A stretch of 64,000 nt of DNA from Octopus vulgaris (Eukaryota), in assembly GCA_951406725.2 (NCBI GenBank), contig OX597819.1:48608001-48672000 (forward strand), read 5' to 3'. This document shows, piece by piece, positions 13,700 to 27,144 of this stretch. The notes beneath the pieces were generated by a model. That model was not told where the DNA came from and made no database searches. It saw only the letters and a list, made by a program, of their open reading frames with translations. The position numbers and the translations under genes were made by a program. Numbering within the stretch: the stretch's first letter is position 1; every line of letters starts with the position of its first letter.

Positions 13700-14560
13700 A
13701 GTTACTGATAAACATTTTCCATGACTACCTTGTTTCTAATAAGAGCTGGCTGACTGTTTTAAAATCTAAGACTAGAACATGTAGTCTGTATTTTAAAGAT
13801 ATAACAAGTATTTTTAAACAAAGGTCTGCTGACTTCCCTGTAATTATTATTTCTTCAAAATTTTCCGGGATGTTTATAAAAGGCATGTAAGTCTCATATC
13901 TTGGAATTTCCTTCTACTTTCTAGATAAACATTTTCCATGGCTAGCCTGTTTTGAATAAGAGCTGATTGTTTATAATTTAGGAGTAGAACATCTTCCCTA
14001 TTTTAGAATGTAATTTGGGGCATGTGAGGAATAATAACTCACTTTGCAAATATGTAAGACAAGTATTTCTAAACAAAGATTTGCTGACTTTGTGCTAATT
14101 TATATTTTGTCAAAATTTTCCAGATTTAGACTCCATTTGTACTTAAGGATTATATGTATATCTTATTTCTTGGTCCCTGGCCTCTCTGTCTTTAATAATA
14201 GCTGGAAACAAGGATTTCTAGACATTATAATAATTTAGATTGTGCCAAAATTTTCCAGTGTTTTAAGATGATATGTAGATATTGTATCTTGGAGTCACTC
14301 GAAGTTTCTTGATAAACATTTTCCATGGCTACCTCAAAATAACTGTTTTATAATTTAGGAGTAAAACATATAGGCCCTATTTTAAAGGTAGCGTAAAGTA
14401 TGCAAAGGAATTTCTAGATAATAACTTTGCAAATGTATAAGACAGGTATCTTCAAATAAGGTTTTGATTTGTGTTAATTTTATGTCTTTAAAATTTTATA
14501 ACATTAAATACCTTCTGTGCTTGAAGTTGATATATAAACCTCATTTCCTGGAAGCTCTAT
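13700..14560. repeat. Degenerate tandem repeat, about 220-390 bp units
   Basis: gataaacattttccatg at 13707, 13924, 14311 with co-linear downstream blocks. Confidence 0.8.
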
Positions 14561-14770
14561 GAATTGTTACTAGAGAGAGCTACCAATCCTGGATGATTAA
14601 GGAATTGATCACTGCTGATTTTTTTCCCAAAACTAAACTCATAAAAGCTTTAGTAAGTAGACAGGACATATTTTGAGAAGACAAAGAGCTTTTGAGTGAA
14701 AAGGGTTGGGCTTGTTTCCAAATTTCTGGATATGTGTCTGTATTTGAGAGCAAGTGAACAATATTACACA

Positions 14771-14789
14771 TGGTGACCTCTAGTGGCCA
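14771..14789 (-). promoter_or_regulatory. CTCF-like motif
   Basis: Minus strand TGGCCACTAGAGGTCACCA resembles the CCAC(C/T)AG(A/G)GGGC consensus. Confidence 0.35.
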
Positions 14790-15764
14790 GTTAATGTAAG
14801 GGAGAAAATCGTTTCTACGTAATATTTGGTGGGATTAGAATATTACAGTTTGATGAGAATATTTTTTAAAAAGAAATTATTAGAATTCTGTTAAGGCATT
14901 TGCAGTTTTTTTATAGTGACATGTTATATATATATATATATATATAAAAATTCAATACTACAAAAGAATTCATCATGCAAAAGAGACTATCAAAATAAAA
15001 GAAATACACACAAAAAAAAATTCCAAAATTCATAATGATTTATGATTTGAAACATATTTATAGTTTGAAAACAATGGTGTTTTATTCATGAGGTTTTGGA
15101 ATCAGTGAAAAAAATGTAGGGAATTTTCTGTGAACAGATCCGTACCCACTTACCTTAGAAAATCATTGTTAATAGACAAAATTCATAAATAAGGGTTTGT
15201 TACAACTCATATTCTTTTGTAGAAAAACCTTTGTTATTTATTAGCAATTTGTGTAGGATGTTTTTTTTAATAAAATCTTTTTATCTTGCTTTTTTTCTTT
15301 TGTAATTATTGGCAATTGTGTGGTTGTGCAGTGATAGTGAAAATATGTATTGTTTTGATGTGTAGATACTTGAATGCATACCCTGCATTCACACGCACAT
15401 ATATGATCATAATGGTGATCATCACCATTCTGACACACTCTTTTCCATGCATGCATGGGTTGGATGGAATATATTGAAGTAGATTTTCTATGACTGGATG
15501 CCTCACCTGTTTCCAAGCAAACTAATGTTCCCCATGGCCAGACATGTTGTTGCTGAATATTGGAAGTGCATGATATTCATTTACAACAAGACAAGGATGC
15601 ACAAAAATATACACACACTGATATTAATGGCTAGGTAAACCAATGATTTGTCTTTGATGGTCAGTGTTGGGCTTTAGTAAAATATACTTGCTATGCAGTA
15701 GAATTGAACCAAAAACCATGTGGTTGGGAAGCAAAGGTTGTCTGTCTGCACCAATACATATATT

Positions 15765-15998
15765 AAGGCGGCGAGCTGGCAGAACTGTTAGCACGCCGGG
15801 TGAAATGTGTAGCCGTATTTCGTCTGCTGTTACGTTCTGAGTTCAAATTCCGCCGAGGTCGACTTTGCCTTTCATCCTTTAGGGGTCGATAAAATTAAGT
15901 ACAAGTTACACAGTGGGGTCGATGTAATCGACTTAATCCGTTTGTCTGTCCTTGTTTGTCCCCTCTATGTTTAGCCCCTTGTGGGTAATAAAGAAACA
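15765..15998 (+). mobile_element. SINE, full-length young copy (family A)
   Basis: aaggcggcgagctggcagaa head, B box gagttcaaattcc, gtcgactttgcctttcatcc body; near-identical inverse copy 24656-24886, many decayed copies. Confidence 0.85.
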
Positions 15999-16678
15999 AT
16001 ACATATATGCATACACATACACATAAGAGAATCATCCGAATGTGGCTGTTACCAGCGCCATCACGACTGGCCTCGTGCATCCAGCCATAGAAACATTGCC
16101 AGATCAGACTGTGCCTGGTGCAGCCTTCTGGCTTCCCAGACCCCAGTTGAACCGTCCAACCCATGCTAGCATGGAAAGCGGACGCTAAACGAAGATGATG
16201 ATGATGATGATGATGATACTTATACCCACACACATACACATATGCAAGCACACACATACACATACCCACACATATACACATATGCAAACACACACACAGA
16301 AGGCTGACCTGGCAGAGTGGTTAAAGTACCAAACAGAATGCTGCACAATATTTGTTCTGATTCTCTGCACTCTGAGCTCAGATCCTGCCAAAGTTTACTT
16401 CATTTTTCAGTGTTTTGGGGCTTATGAAGATATATCAGTTCTCTCTTTGGGATTCAGTCATACAGGCATGGTTGTATAGATATAAATTTCTTTCTCCTGT
16501 AACCCCAGGCCATCCAATCATATATATGATAGCTGTCTACTAGTGACTGAGGAAGACCATCACTGGCCAATAAGAATATAGTGTTCTCAGATAAAATTAC
16601 AATTTACACTTCTGGCAGCTGCACTGGTGACTAATGAACTCAGCTCTTGATACACATACACACACACATAGAAATATA

Positions 16679-16734
<56 letters not shown>

Positions 16735-17231
16735 TAATAATAATGATAATAAAAATAATAATATATATATAAAACTTGGAAAAGGATGCGTGGCGTTCAG
16801 TCATATAATAATATAAATAATATATAAAAATATGCATATATACATACATATATGACATACCTACATCTATATGTATATATACATGCATATATGAGTACAG
16901 GACATCAAAAAAGAAAAACGTTGAACACAAGGAGAAACGAAAACATAAAAACAAAAACATAGAAATGAACTTTTTACGCACAACAAAAAACAAACAAACA
17001 GAGAAACGAGACATACAACATAAAGAATATTCCCCCTTTTCAGTTGTCCCTGTTTCAACTACTTTGCATTTCAAAAGCAAGGACAAGACACGACTTCATT
17101 GAAACAGTCCTTCCTGCAAAACAAATTAAATAAAATTGGGGATTTTTTGTGGAGGGTGAAAGTGGTAACAAGAACAGGACAGTGAGAACAAAACAGTAAA
17201 AACAAACGGTGAGGGCTGTTAAACCAAGATG

Positions 17232-17575
17232 ATGAGAAGATGAATGGGGACATAACGTTGCCATCACTAGTGATCACTCCAAACACCATGATGTTGATTG
17301 GGTGTTAGATTTTTATCACTCTTAGTACATGTCCTCAGATTGTACTGTCTGCAAATTGACACCCAAACACTCTGAGATATTTGTATTGGCAGTTTCTGCA
17401 TGAATGCCAAGCAGTACAGCATGTCATTTTCAAATTTCTGGCTGAGTGAATTACGTCATGGTGCTCTTTTTCTGACAGGCGGTGCTCAACTGACCCTATT
17501 ATACTGTGTAGCTGACAGAATACAGAATCAAAAACAAACAATGCACATGCACAAAATAAAAAATATAAAGCAGTG
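17232..17575 (-). mobile_element. Tc1/mariner-superfamily remnant, internally deleted
   Basis: HPINIMVFGVITSDGNVMSPFIF resembles the maT/DD37D-type catalytic region. Confidence 0.6.
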
Positions 17576-18059
17576 ACATCGAATAGCTATTCGATGTTGC
17601 TTGGTTGAATAAGTATTTAATTATTAGTACTCTCAAACGTGTTTAATCCAGAAACACGTTTGTGGTTGATCAAATTGTGTGGATTCGTTATTTTTTTCTC
17701 TTTACCTACGTGAATTAAGAGTATTGCTGTCTGGGAGATATCTTATGGTGGAGGAATAGTATTTAACTGCTATTTCTAAATTTCGGTATGTGGTGAAGCA
17801 ATTTGCTGAACCCTAATTATAATTATGCTTATAATTATAGAATTTTTGTATATATTTATATATATATATATAGGGAAAAAATAAGTTCAAAAGAGAACAA
17901 TTCAAACTTTTTGAGAGGTCCAAAAAGAGAAGAATGATTTCTTAAGAAGATGCATCATATTCATAAAAAAAGCCAGAACAAGTAATAAGAATATGAAAAT
18001 GAAAATGAAATTTTCAACTACTATTTTCCTTTTCCTTTCAACTACTTTACATATATACA

Positions 18060-18095
<36 letters not shown>

Positions 18096-18251
18096 TGTAT
18101 GTATGTATGTATGTATGTATGTATGTCTGTCTGTCTGTATGTATGTATGTATGTATGTATATTGCTATAGGTAGATAGATAGACAGATAAATAGCTTGCT
18201 ATAATACTAGATGATTTCAAATAGGTCTTGAGCTGTAGTTCTAGTAATGTA

Positions 18252-19146
18252 TGAGGTCTGATCAATAAGTATCCAGACTGTTGCTATAGTAACGAAGCTA
18301 AAGCATGCAGAGTAAAGCTGCTTGGCACAGATTGACCTTGAACTCTGCTGTGCATGCACACTAAGTTTTAACATTTTAGCTCACTTCCCCTGTTTACAGA
18401 AGTGCTTGGAAGTAACATGTATAATGTGTGATCGTTGCATTGACCATGACAGAAAAATTTGTCATGGCAATACCTGCTCAGAGGCCTATGCAAAGTTGCA
18501 GAAGGTTTATGAAGAGGAGTGTATGAGTCACACACAAGTGTATGAGTGGTTCAGACGTTTCTAAGATGGCCAAAAAAATGTTGATAGTGAGGAACATTCT
18601 AGGAGACCTGCAATCAGCAGAACTGAGAAAAACTTCGCAGATGTGTGTGTAGCTGTGAGGAGAAATCATTGAATCACCATTTGTGAGTTATCAGAGGATG
18701 TGCAGATTAGGTATGGTTCGGTTAAGTCCATTATTACTGAAGATTTGGGTATGAGATGTGTGTCTGCCAAATTTGTGCCAAAACTGCTTTCATCTGACCA
18801 AAAAGACACTCAGGTTTCAGTTGCACAAGATCTACTTGATCGTGTAGTAAACAATGAAAACTTTTAAAAAAGTTTGCATTGGCCTCTGAGCAGGTATTGC
18901 CAAGCATTTGTCAAAATTTGAGGCAGATTCTCTGCTCAACTTTCTTTGTCATGGTCAATGCGATGCTCTCACATTATGCATGTTAATTCCAAGCACTGCT
19001 GTAAACTGCAGAAGTGAGCTAGAACATTAAAACTTAGTGCACATGCACAGCAAAATTCTAGGTCAGTCTGTGCTAAGCGGCTTTACTTTGTGTGTTTTAG
19101 CTTTGTTCTTATGACAACAGTTCGGATACTTATTGATCAGACTATG
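18252..19146 (+). mobile_element. Mariner derivative with two inverted 5' ends
   Basis: About 250 bp inverted arms including the transposase start; internal MSHTQVYEWFRRF and AKFVPKLL; TA flanks. Confidence 0.85.
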
Positions 19147-19199
19147 TATAGCTATCTACATCAACCAGAAAGGAAACAGTAGTTCCACCAACCAATACA

Positions 19200-19470
19200 A
19201 ATGGCAAAAGGACATTTATAATCTACTACAAAAATCAAGTGAATGCTAATTATAAAACTGATGAAAGAGTTTTGAGTGGATAATTAAATTAAATGTACAT
19301 TGCACTAATCTTGAAGATAAATTAGATTTCGTTATATACCATAAAATTTCAAAACTAGGACATCTCCTTTCAAGTAATAGCAAATATACTAACATCAAAA
19401 GCCATTCTCACAAATTGAACAGTTTAAACAACACCATGACTCACTCATAAGACAACTGACACAAGAATAA
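19200..19470 (+). mobile_element. Penelope-like ORF remnant
   Basis: IYYKNQVNANYKTDERVL at about 19221 is a PLE linker motif. Confidence 0.6.
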
Positions 19471-20859
19471 AAGGAATGAACCCTGCCAACTATGTCTAAT
19501 ATTGATTGTTCTGGTAAGAGGTCTCACGCTGAAGTATGCAATGTAATAAATAGAATTTTCTTGACCACTTGATGTCGTACCATATCACATATTAATGGAA
19601 TCTGTAAGAGAGTTTTAATAGATGAATGATAATACATCTCTAATAATAAAGTGAATGTTAATATACTTAATGTAATGAACTAGAATTTGAAATTAATTAA
19701 AATTTCACATGTGATGAGCCAAAAAATAAAATAAATAAAATCATTATTCTTACATCCATCTTTCTGCTTGCTATTCATCGAGGAATCATATGGGTAGAGT
19801 CATCAGGCATCTTGTCAATAAATCCCTGTCAGAAGCAACTATCATTATACTTTCCAATACAAATACCAGCTTGGTGCCTGGTATGCATAAGATCTCCAAG
19901 AGCCGCAATATGAAAAGGGTTTGAAAGAATAACCACACTGCATTGTTTGTCATGTGGGTTTACAATGGATGTGTTTGGATCTTAGGTAGAGGTTTCTGTT
20001 TGAAAAAAATAAACTGCAGTCTTCACTCAGATGCATTGCTTAGTGGTTAGGGTGTTGGGTGTTGGACTCATGATTGTAAGATTGTGGTTTCGATTCTTGA
20101 ACCAGGTAGTGTGTTGTGTTCTTGAGTAAAAAACGCTTCATTTCATGTTGCTCCTGTCCACTCAGCTGGTAATAATGAGTAATCCTGTGATGGATCTGTG
20201 TCCCATCCAAGGAAGATTATATACATCAGAAAGACTGGGAAAACAGCCCTATGCTCATTATGGAGTAATGTGGTACAACCAGCAATAAACTTGCAATTTG
20301 TTCTGAGGCATGGTGTGGGAACACAAAGGAAATATGCCCCAGGATCCTGAAGTGAGTCCTGGAGGGAACAACTGTTAGTAATTGGGGAAAAAATTATTAT
20401 GTTAATTATTGATTTTGGTCAAGATGAGCAAAGTGACAACTCTCACAATATAATTTAAATTAATTTCAAAATAAAATACAGTGGTGAATAAATGTGATCT
20501 TTGCCAGTATGAATGGCGACAAACCTTGTTTCAGAGTGCTGGCTCAGGTGCTTTTCACATGGCTCCAGCATGGGTAATTTTTATGTAGCACTGTCATGGG
20601 GGCTGCTGTGGTAGATGGGTCTTCTTGAGCACTGCAAGGTGCCAAATATCTTGGTCCTTTGTTATGTCCTTTGTAACGCTCAGTGTTTTGAGATTCAGCC
20701 TACATTCAATTCAAATGTGCAGCCCTTCTCTGAATGTGGTCTAACATGTATGTGTATGTGTAACACCAGCACTTTTCCAGATGTGGAAGCAGTATGCCAT
20801 TTATGAGTTCTTCATCTGAACTTTGTTGAGGGTTAATAGTTGTTGGTGTGTGGGTGGAG

Positions 20860-21630
20860 ACAGGTGTAACAGCACTTTAAACATGCCTTACTAGACACTA
20901 CTTGTCACAACTGACTAATTTACAGAATGAAATGGGGACATTTGGAAGCTTGCTAGACAGTAAAGTTTTGTGTTAAATTGGTGGGCAAAAATGCTACAGA
21001 AATTTATGAACCGCTCAAGATGGCATATAGACAAACTTTTTTGTTGGCTGAAGAGTTTTAAGGATGGTAGAAAGGTGGTGAATGATAAGAGGTGTTGGAG
21101 GGGGAAAGAGCTGACTGAACATCAGAGCTGGTTGAGAAAATTCATAATTTTCTGAATGAAGACTGTTGTGTGTCTAAAAAGACACCATACAGTCTGGAGT
21201 TGGTGTGGTAACTGTACACAGGATTATTCATGAAGATCTGAACATGTGCAAAATTTGTGTTAACTTTGTTTTCAGGGTGCTCAGTGATGACCATCCTGAT
21301 AACCAGCTACTTGATAGAGCTGGGTATCAGAACTGTCCTCCACCCTTTCTATAGTAAAAAAAACCTTGCTCCCTGTGACATTTGACTGTTCCCAAAGTTG
21401 AAGCAGAACCTCAGGAGCAATCATTTTGAGAACAAAGGAGGCTGTGACAAGGATCTTGGACACCTTCATTTTGGATGACTTCCATGAGGCCTTTATGAAG
21501 TGGCTGGAGCCCTATAATATGTGCATTGAAGTCAGAAGATCCTGCTTTGAAGGAGAATAGAGCTTTGTACTTCTTTGAAATTAATAAATGTCTGGCCCGT
21601 AAGTCTGTAAACATTTGGAATGTACCTTTG
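20860..21630 (+). mobile_element. Decayed mariner
   Basis: VKFCVKL..KNATEIYE, IIHEDLNMCKIC, LAPCD..LFPKL motifs; terminus before TA at 21631. Confidence 0.75.
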
Positions 21631-21682
21631 TACCTTGTGTGTGAGTGTGTTTATGTGTGTGTATATATATATATGTTTGTAT

Positions 21683-21738
<56 letters not shown>

Positions 21739-21742
21739 ATAT

Positions 21743-22046
21743 ATAAGTAATAAGGATGTACAGGTGTTAATACATTACAGCCATTTCAAGTGGCTCAATT
21801 TAATTGACAAATGAAAACATGACATCAGTTCAAAATAAACCGCTCTCTTCAGATGCTGATGACCATATAGATTTGAAACACAAAGGATAAACCATTTTTC
21901 AACCATGTTGTTTGAAATCTATATGGTCATCTGCTACTGAAGAGAGCGGTTTATTTCAAATTGGTGTAATGTTTTCATTGATCAACTAAAAGGGGCCACT
22001 TGAAATGGCTGTAATGTATTGACACATGTACATCCTTGTTACTTAT
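21743..22046. mobile_element. Foldback element with a hammerhead motif in each arm (inverted pseudo-LTR-like)
   Basis: About 135 bp imperfect inverted arms; CTGAAGA...GAAATGGCTGTA on - (21772-21856) and + (21933-22017). Confidence 0.7.
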
Positions 22047-22159
22047 TCACATTCCGTTCACCTTACTTGGGGCTGTGTGGACTATACTGAACTGGCAAGG
22101 TGCCTCAATTTAAGTACCTAATTTAATTGAATCTCAATTATATATATATATATATATAA

Positions 22160-22495
22160 TTTCAACAATTGAGGGTAAAATTAATTAATTAATCAATTTC
22201 ACCAAGTATTCAGTATACAAAGGGACCATTTAAGGCGAATTCAAATTATTACATTATATAAAAGGGCTTAGTAAAATAAATTACTTTGCCGCATACTGAA
22301 CTCATTAGAAATAGCAGCTAAAAAAAAAACTTTTTTAAAAACTATTTCCAATACTTAAAGAAAACCTCTCTCATATGAGAGAGGTTTTCTTTAAGTATTG
22401 GAAATAGTTTTTAAAAAGTTTTTTTTTTAGCTGCTATTTCTAATGAGTTCAGTATGCGGCAAAGTAATTTATTTTACTAAGCCCCTTTATATAAT
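22160..22495. repeat. Dispersed repeat ending in a 243 bp near-perfect palindrome (22253-22495)
   Basis: Arms mirror around ctcatatgag; linear relatives at 17700-17850, 29140-29440, 37878-38065. Confidence 0.85.
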
Positions 22496-23189
22496 ATATA
22501 TATATATATATAATACAAATAAGAAACTGGAGGAACAGATTCATTTCAATCATTGACTTACAGATATTACCAATTCATATTATTTATTAACTACATAAAT
22601 AGTGGAATACACTCATAACCCCTATCTCACTTTGTACTATATATATATATATACTGTATTGCTCGCACCCAATACATATAATATAGAAATGAAGGTTCTT
22701 AGTTCAAATCCAATTTAGTGTAATATACACATATTGATGGACAAACACCTGAGGATTGGAGATTAAACTGATTGAAGCATGAAGTACATGTACATAATCC
22801 TTCGTTTCTAAAGATGATAAAACAAATATTATCATTGTATTGAACTGTTTCAGATAACTGTTTATTGTTTTTTTTTTGTGCATCATAATTTATGTTGTGG
22901 TGAAATCTCATAATTATACATCCCATTGTATACCTTTCTTTGTGTAGAAATATGGATAGTTTGTTCAAAAAATTAATACAGTGCACACCACACTTGCACA
23001 CATACACATACATGCACACACACACATACATGCACATACACACTCATGCATGTGTACACATGCACATACATCCAATGGATTCTTTGAATTACCATCAACC
23101 TAATTCACTCATAAGGATTTGGTCAGCCTAGGGCTATAGTAGAAGACACTTGCTCAAAGCTCCACACAGTAGGACTGAACCTATCATCA

Positions 23190-23540
23190 TTTAATATCCA
23201 TTTTCTATGTTGGCATGGGTTGGAGAGTTTGACAGGAGCTGGTCAGGCCAAGAGATGCACCAGGTCCCATTGTCTGTTCTGGCATGGTTTTTATGGTTGG
23301 ATGTCTTTCCTAATGCCAGTCACTTTACAGAATGTACTGGGTGCTTTTTACGTGTCACTAGCACCAGTGCTTTTTATGTGACGCCATTACCTGCACTTTT
23401 GACGTTGACACCCTCACTAGTGCTTTTTATGTGGCACCAACAATGGTGCTTTTTATGTGTCACCACCACAAGTGCTTTTTATGTGACACCATCACCAATG
23501 CTTTTTATGTGGTACTATCACCTGTGTTTTTTATGTGATG
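23190..23540 (-). mobile_element. Old RTE tail with ~22 bp tandem units
   Basis: Reverse tail followed by repeated gtgctttttatgtg(a/g)cacc. Confidence 0.7.
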
Positions 23541-23561
23541 CATATCTTCATGTCTATTTCA

Positions 23562-23945
23562 ATATTGGTTATTTCCCCAGAAGCTGGAGTTTTGCTAATT
23601 TTTTTGTACTTTGGGTGGTTATTTTCTTTTTAATGATTCTTTTTTCAATTAAGAATTTCAGCCTCGTTAATTGATTTTTAAGTTGAACACACCTAGCAAT
23701 TAGTGACAGTAGTTTTATCAAAGCTAAGTTGACCCACAGCTAAATTCTAACACATAATACTGAAATAGTAAGGTCTCGAACTAATTGGTATTTCGTTAAG
23801 GCATTCACCTTAAAAAAATCAATTAGTGTAGCTAAATTTCTTAATTGGAAAAAAATATAAAAACAAAATAACTATCTAAATTAACAATGGAAAAAACAAC
23901 AAAAAAAATTAGAGAAATCCCGGCTCCTTGGGAATTAACCATTAT
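23562..23945. mobile_element. Old MITE-like element with about 130 bp inverted arms
   Basis: tggttatttccccagaagctgg..ttttcaattaagaa mirrored by ttcttaattggaaaa..ccggctccttgggaattaacca. Confidence 0.55.
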
Positions 23946-24065
23946 CAATGAAATAAGCGTAATACATACATACATGCATACCTACATAATACATACATAC
24001 ATACATACATACATACATACATACATACATACATACATACATACATACATACATACATACATACT

Positions 24066-24624
24066 TATAATAATTTGGGACAGAGAAGAGAAACTGTGTA
24101 CAGTTGTGGAAATTAGCTGCCCAGCAGATATTAACATAAAGCTGAAGATCAGAGAAAAAGAGAATATCTACTCTGAACTATTGAGAAGTCTGCAGTTACT
24201 CTATCCAGACTAGAAGTTCAGGTTTATACTTGTAATTATTGGGTCCCTGGGATATGTAATACACTGCCTAAATACCAATCTTGAGAAATTAGGCTTCTCA
24301 AAACCAGAACGGAGAAAGCTATTTTGAAGATTACAGATCCAATCCAGCACTGGAACTGTAAAAATCTGTAAAACTTTCCAGAAATTTATCATTTAGATAT
24401 ATATGAGCATGTCTAGATATGCAACTATATGCATGAGAATACATACATAAAACAAACATACAAATATGCACATATACATACATACATACATACATACATA
24501 CATACATACATACAAAAATACCCTATTGTTGATGTTGAAATTCCAATGAAGGAGCCTTGGATCTAGGTTAGAAACTGGCTCTTTCTCTATTGGCAAGAAA
24601 TCTTGAAATAAAACTGAACAATGA
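24066..24624 (+). mobile_element. 3' end of an RLE-type non-LTR retrotransposon within (CATA)n
   Basis: IIIWDREEKLCTVVEISCPAD..KENIY..L..VIIGSLG resembles a restriction-like endonuclease; (cata)n on both sides. Confidence 0.75.
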
Positions 24625-24655
24625 CATACATACATACACACACATACATATATAT

Positions 24656-24886
24656 CTCTTTACTACCCACAAGGGGCTAAACACAGAGGGGACAAACAAG
24701 GACAGACAAACGGATTAAGTCGATTACATCGACCCCAGTGCGTAACTGGTACTTATTTAATCGACCCCGAAAGGATGAAAGGCAAAGTCGACCTCGGCGG
24801 ATTTTGAACTCAGAAGGCAGCGGCAGACGAAATACCGCAAAGCATTTTGCCCGGCATGCTAATGATTCTTCCATTTCGCCGCCTTA
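24656..24886 (-). mobile_element. SINE family A copy
   Basis: Reverse complement of 15765-15998. Confidence 0.85.
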
Positions 24887-25231
24887 CACACACATATACA
24901 TATACATACATACATACATACATACATACATACATGCACAAGACCAATTTGAATTTACAACCATGAAAGTGAGGATACCAATACACACACACATACACTT
25001 GGTGTTCCAACTATTCTTGTTGCTACTGCTAATTTAGAGTTGTCATTATTCTTTACATTATCACTATAGGTAAAAGTTTGAATAGATGCAGATGTGGCTG
25101 ACTGGTTAAGGTGTTTGCTTCCCAGCCATGTGGTGATGAGTTCAATCCTACTCTGTAGCACAGCACTTTCAGTAACTGTCTTCTTTAAAAGCCTTCTGAT
25201 TGGATTTGGTAGATGAATCCTAAAAAAAGCA

Positions 25232-25264
<33 letters not shown>

Positions 25265-25269
25265 TACAT

Positions 25270-25581
25270 ATGGAAATTGTAGCTGTGATACCAGTGCCAG
25301 TGGCACGTAAGTGAACCATCCGAACGTGGCTGTTGCCAGCGCTGCCCTGTCGGGCGTGAAAAGCACCATCTGACCATGGTCGTTTGCCAGCCCCGTCTGG
25401 CACGTAAATAGCACCCACTACACTCACGGAGTGGTTGGCGTTAGGAAGGGCATCCAGCCGTAGGAACATTGCCAGATCAGACTGGGCCTGGTGCAGCCTT
25501 CTGGCTTTCCAGACCCCAGTTGAACCGTCCAACCCATGCTAGCATGGAAAGCGGACCCTAAATGATGATGATGATGATGAT
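25270..25581 (+). mobile_element. RTE 3' tail copy
   Basis: Units plus conserved tail, (gat)n. Confidence 0.85.
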
Positions 25582-25929
25582 ATATGAGTAATAATTTTAT
25601 ATTCATGTATACACCTTGTAGTATGCTGTGTAAAGCCCTTTCACAGTATTCAGCTACCTGATGTCATCAATAGTATGGAGGTATATCCCACTGGATTTAC
25701 TTCAGGAATTCCTTTCTGTCCATAGGGTTTATAAAAATATGAGAGAAAGGAAATGGAATTCATGAGACTCTTTATCCACTACAATCATTTCATCCTATTG
25801 TGCACCGGTACTTTGATTGCATCTATGATGCACCACAAGTTTTTGTACAGCATCTCACCTGTGAGGTGCCAGTGCACAATTGGTTGAAGCAATCATAGTG
25901 AATAAAGAGTATTTTATTATGGTTGGTTC

Positions 25930-26397
25930 AAGGTCCCAACTAGACATATGGTGACATGGTGATGGAACAGAGTAATTGACAAGGCCATTATAGGAAAGAA
26001 ACAGGCTTGGAAGGACTGGAAGGATGATGGTTGCAAGGAGCTATATCAGGCAGCTAGAAGGGAAGCTAGGAGGTAGGTATATTTAGCCACTGGTGAAGCC
26101 GAAAGGGGTGAGGACCAGTGGCTTGACAGTGTGCCAAGGAAAATTGTGATATTGTTGGAGCGAAGTGTGTTCACATGGATGATGGTTCACTTGCAGTTAA
26201 TAACTCTGCAAAGAAAGAGGCTTGGAAGCGCCACTATGAAAGACTACTAAATGTAGAGAACGCATGGGAGAAGGAGAGTTTGCCTACTATGGATCCAACA
26301 GAGGGATCAGCAATCCAAATAAACAGCAGCATGGTAGATAAAGCCATAAAGGATATGAAGACTGGGAAAGCACCTGGTGCATCAGGAATCACTGCTG
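25930..26397 (+). mobile_element. RTE LINE internal remnant (linker before RT)
   Basis: KEAWKRHYERLLNVENAW..VDKAIKDMKTGKAPGASGITA. Confidence 0.8.
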
Positions 26398-26491
26398 GGT
26401 TGATAAAATAAGTACCAGTTGAACACTGGGGTCAATGTAATTGAATTATCCCTGCCCTCGAAATTGCAGGTCTTGTGCCAAAATTTGAAAC

Positions 26492-26534
<43 letters not shown>

Positions 26535-26539
26535 GTTAT

Positions 26540-27073
26540 TGAGTGAGAGAGCAGTGCATGCCGTCAAAGTGACACTGGGGTAAAATATACAAAGCCCAGT
26601 ATACCCATCACGACTACCTGGCTAATAAGGATACACTAGGTACATGCATCACAACCATATGTGCACGACATGGTGATCTCATATCAAGATAAATAGCTCA
26701 TGACCTTGCAGGTGGGGCCCAGTTAGAATTTTCTTCTGGTTGAGTAACCCATCCTGTCCAAAAGGTACCTGAATAAGTGTTGTTTAAGGATGTTGAACAA
26801 AACACCCATGTTTCCAGAGGTGAATTATTCAAACCCCAAAGAATCCCTCTAAACACATGACTATGATGCTCCCCCACTACTTCTGCTCATGATCAGAGAT
26901 GCACATAATCGTCAGCCACTAAGGAACATGTTCAACTGGTTAAGGTCAAACAACTGACAAGCAAATCTGTGGTATTGAGCAGAATATTTGCTGTAGCCCA
27001 TCTTTTATACCAAGACAAAACAATGTACATGATAACACTTCCAATCAGTTAAGATCAGAAGCCATGAGAGCCA
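26540..27073 (-). mobile_element. Non-coding ~530 bp element embedded in (TAA)n
   Basis: (tta)n on both sides; reverse complement matches 37454-37875. Confidence 0.75.
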
Positions 27074-27082
27074 TTATTATTT

Positions 27083-27144
<62 letters not shown>

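Noticed and set aside
22699-23043. 114 aa ORF with Cys residues
   Set aside because: Starts in a microsatellite; no recognisable domain or splice signals.
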